64,000 nt of DNA from Flaccisagitta enflata (taxonomy: Eukaryota): the NCBI GenBank assembly GCA_965153355.1, contig OZ231126.1, positions 23,622,001-23,686,000 of the forward strand. Direction: 5' to 3'. The position numbers and the translations under genes are program-made. The stretch's first letter is position 1. Each line of letters starts with the position of its first letter. This document shows positions 63,101-64,000 of this stretch, in pieces. Below the pieces are notes generated by a model that worked only from the letters and a program-made list of their open reading frames with translations, had not been told where the DNA came from and did no database searches.

Positions 63101-64000
63101 GATTACACAAGCCTGTTGGCGCCGCCATCCATCAAAGCAAAAGTCTTAACTTTTCTTTCACCGTTCGTTATGTACAGCGGCAAGATCAACTTCCACGCTC
63201 CGTCGTTGCCGCCAACTTTGAAGACGGAGGTTGGTCGGCGCTCATGTCACGCAGTTTCGATCCTTATCGCCGGCGTTTTTGTTATCATCCGTTTGTTTTC
63301 CCCGCCGGGTTAGGTTCCGGGTGCGCTAGAGGGTGGTGGAAGCCATTGCATTTATCGCAAGTGATCGTCGACGGACACGCCTTGGCGAGATGGCCTCCTT
63401 CGAGGCATCTGAAGCAGATGCCCAAGTTTTTGTTGAATTTCCGGCGGTCCAACGCGTTCATCTCGCTGTAAGTGGGGCAATCCGCTAGACCGTGTTTTCC
63501 GTCGCAACGAGGACAGAGGCCCGGCGTCGTTTTTGAAGCCGGCGTCGGCATCACGGCCTTCTTTGCGGCGGCGTTGGCGGTCGTCGCGGAAATTTTAGCC
63601 GATGCAGCGGGCTTATTTTGATTGTTGTTGCGATGGTATCCTGACAACATTTCAGAAATGGTTTGCTCTTCATCAATGAAATCAAGAAAGTCATCAAATT
63701 TCAAATCTGAACCATTTTTCTTCCTATAACCTCACAACTTTTGCCCACTTATCTTTAGGAAGGGCTTCCTGACGATCTCCTTGACCACCAACTTGTTCTC
63801 GAAGCTGCCCACTTTTTTGTCTCGGTTGCGAATTAATGGACGCTCATCAACCGCGCGCAGAAATCGAGCATCCTGTTGTGATCTTTTTCGTCGATCGCTT
63901 TACCCTGCAGCACTTCGACAAGCATCTCTAACGCGGTCTCTTGGCGCATCCCGAACTTCTTCGTCAACTTCTCCAACGCCTCGTCGACGGCCGACTCCGA

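Larger units (their letters stand above)
56431..64000 (-). mobile_element. BEL/Pao LTR retrotransposon (decayed gag-PR-RT-RH-IN, extra ORF, 3' LTR); continues beyond the window
   Basis: gag with three zinc knuckles (63285-63704); protease ALMDGGA (~63120-63140); RT ADIKDYF..FGAKSS..YIDD (61645-62400); RNase H HGYSDAS..AYG (61112-61510); integrase GVDIFGP..SDNGTNF..GGVWER with a WKRDY..L..RPKW tail (59228-60181); PPT GGGGGGAC abutting TGT at 56984. Many frameshifts and stops. Confidence 0.93.

Noticed and set aside
59395-63471. Many short ORFs on both strands within pol
   Set aside because: Frameshifted pol fragments or their antisense shadows, not separate genes.

Overview
Eukaryotic (bilaterian invertebrate-like), microsatellite- and transposon-rich DNA; the species cannot be determined from the sequence. 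The central landmark is exon 1 of a central-class Hox gene (+, 38335-39517; FYPWMSLAG followed by a phase-1 GT donor, most like the Ubx/abd-A/Lox2/Lox4 group). I could not find its homeobox exon, implying an intron of >24 kb. That intron holds a same-strand 15-finger C2H2 zinc-finger gene and two antisense BEL/Pao LTR retrotransposons: one gag-only remnant, and one decayed gag-pol element carrying an extra non-env ORF between integrase and the 3' LTR. Upstream of the Hox exon lie an intact orphan ORF of ~1100 aa (-, 4055-7435), a nonsense-disrupted Academ-type DNA transposase (transposase + XPG/PIN-like nuclease + Cys8 finger), two decayed spliced genes of unknown family and a cluster of nuclear-receptor half-sites including DR5 spacings. 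The orphan protein is largely disordered but carries a thrice-repeated 18-aa helix, a PIP box, ARS2-type EEGE motifs, RVxF motifs and a C-terminal zinc finger. Helentron-like non-autonomous elements, nested foldback MITEs and nucleosome-length (162-184 bp) tandem repeats are scattered throughout. Most ORF-track entries are microsatellite or antisense artefacts. All family assignments come from recognising motifs by eye; no database search was run.
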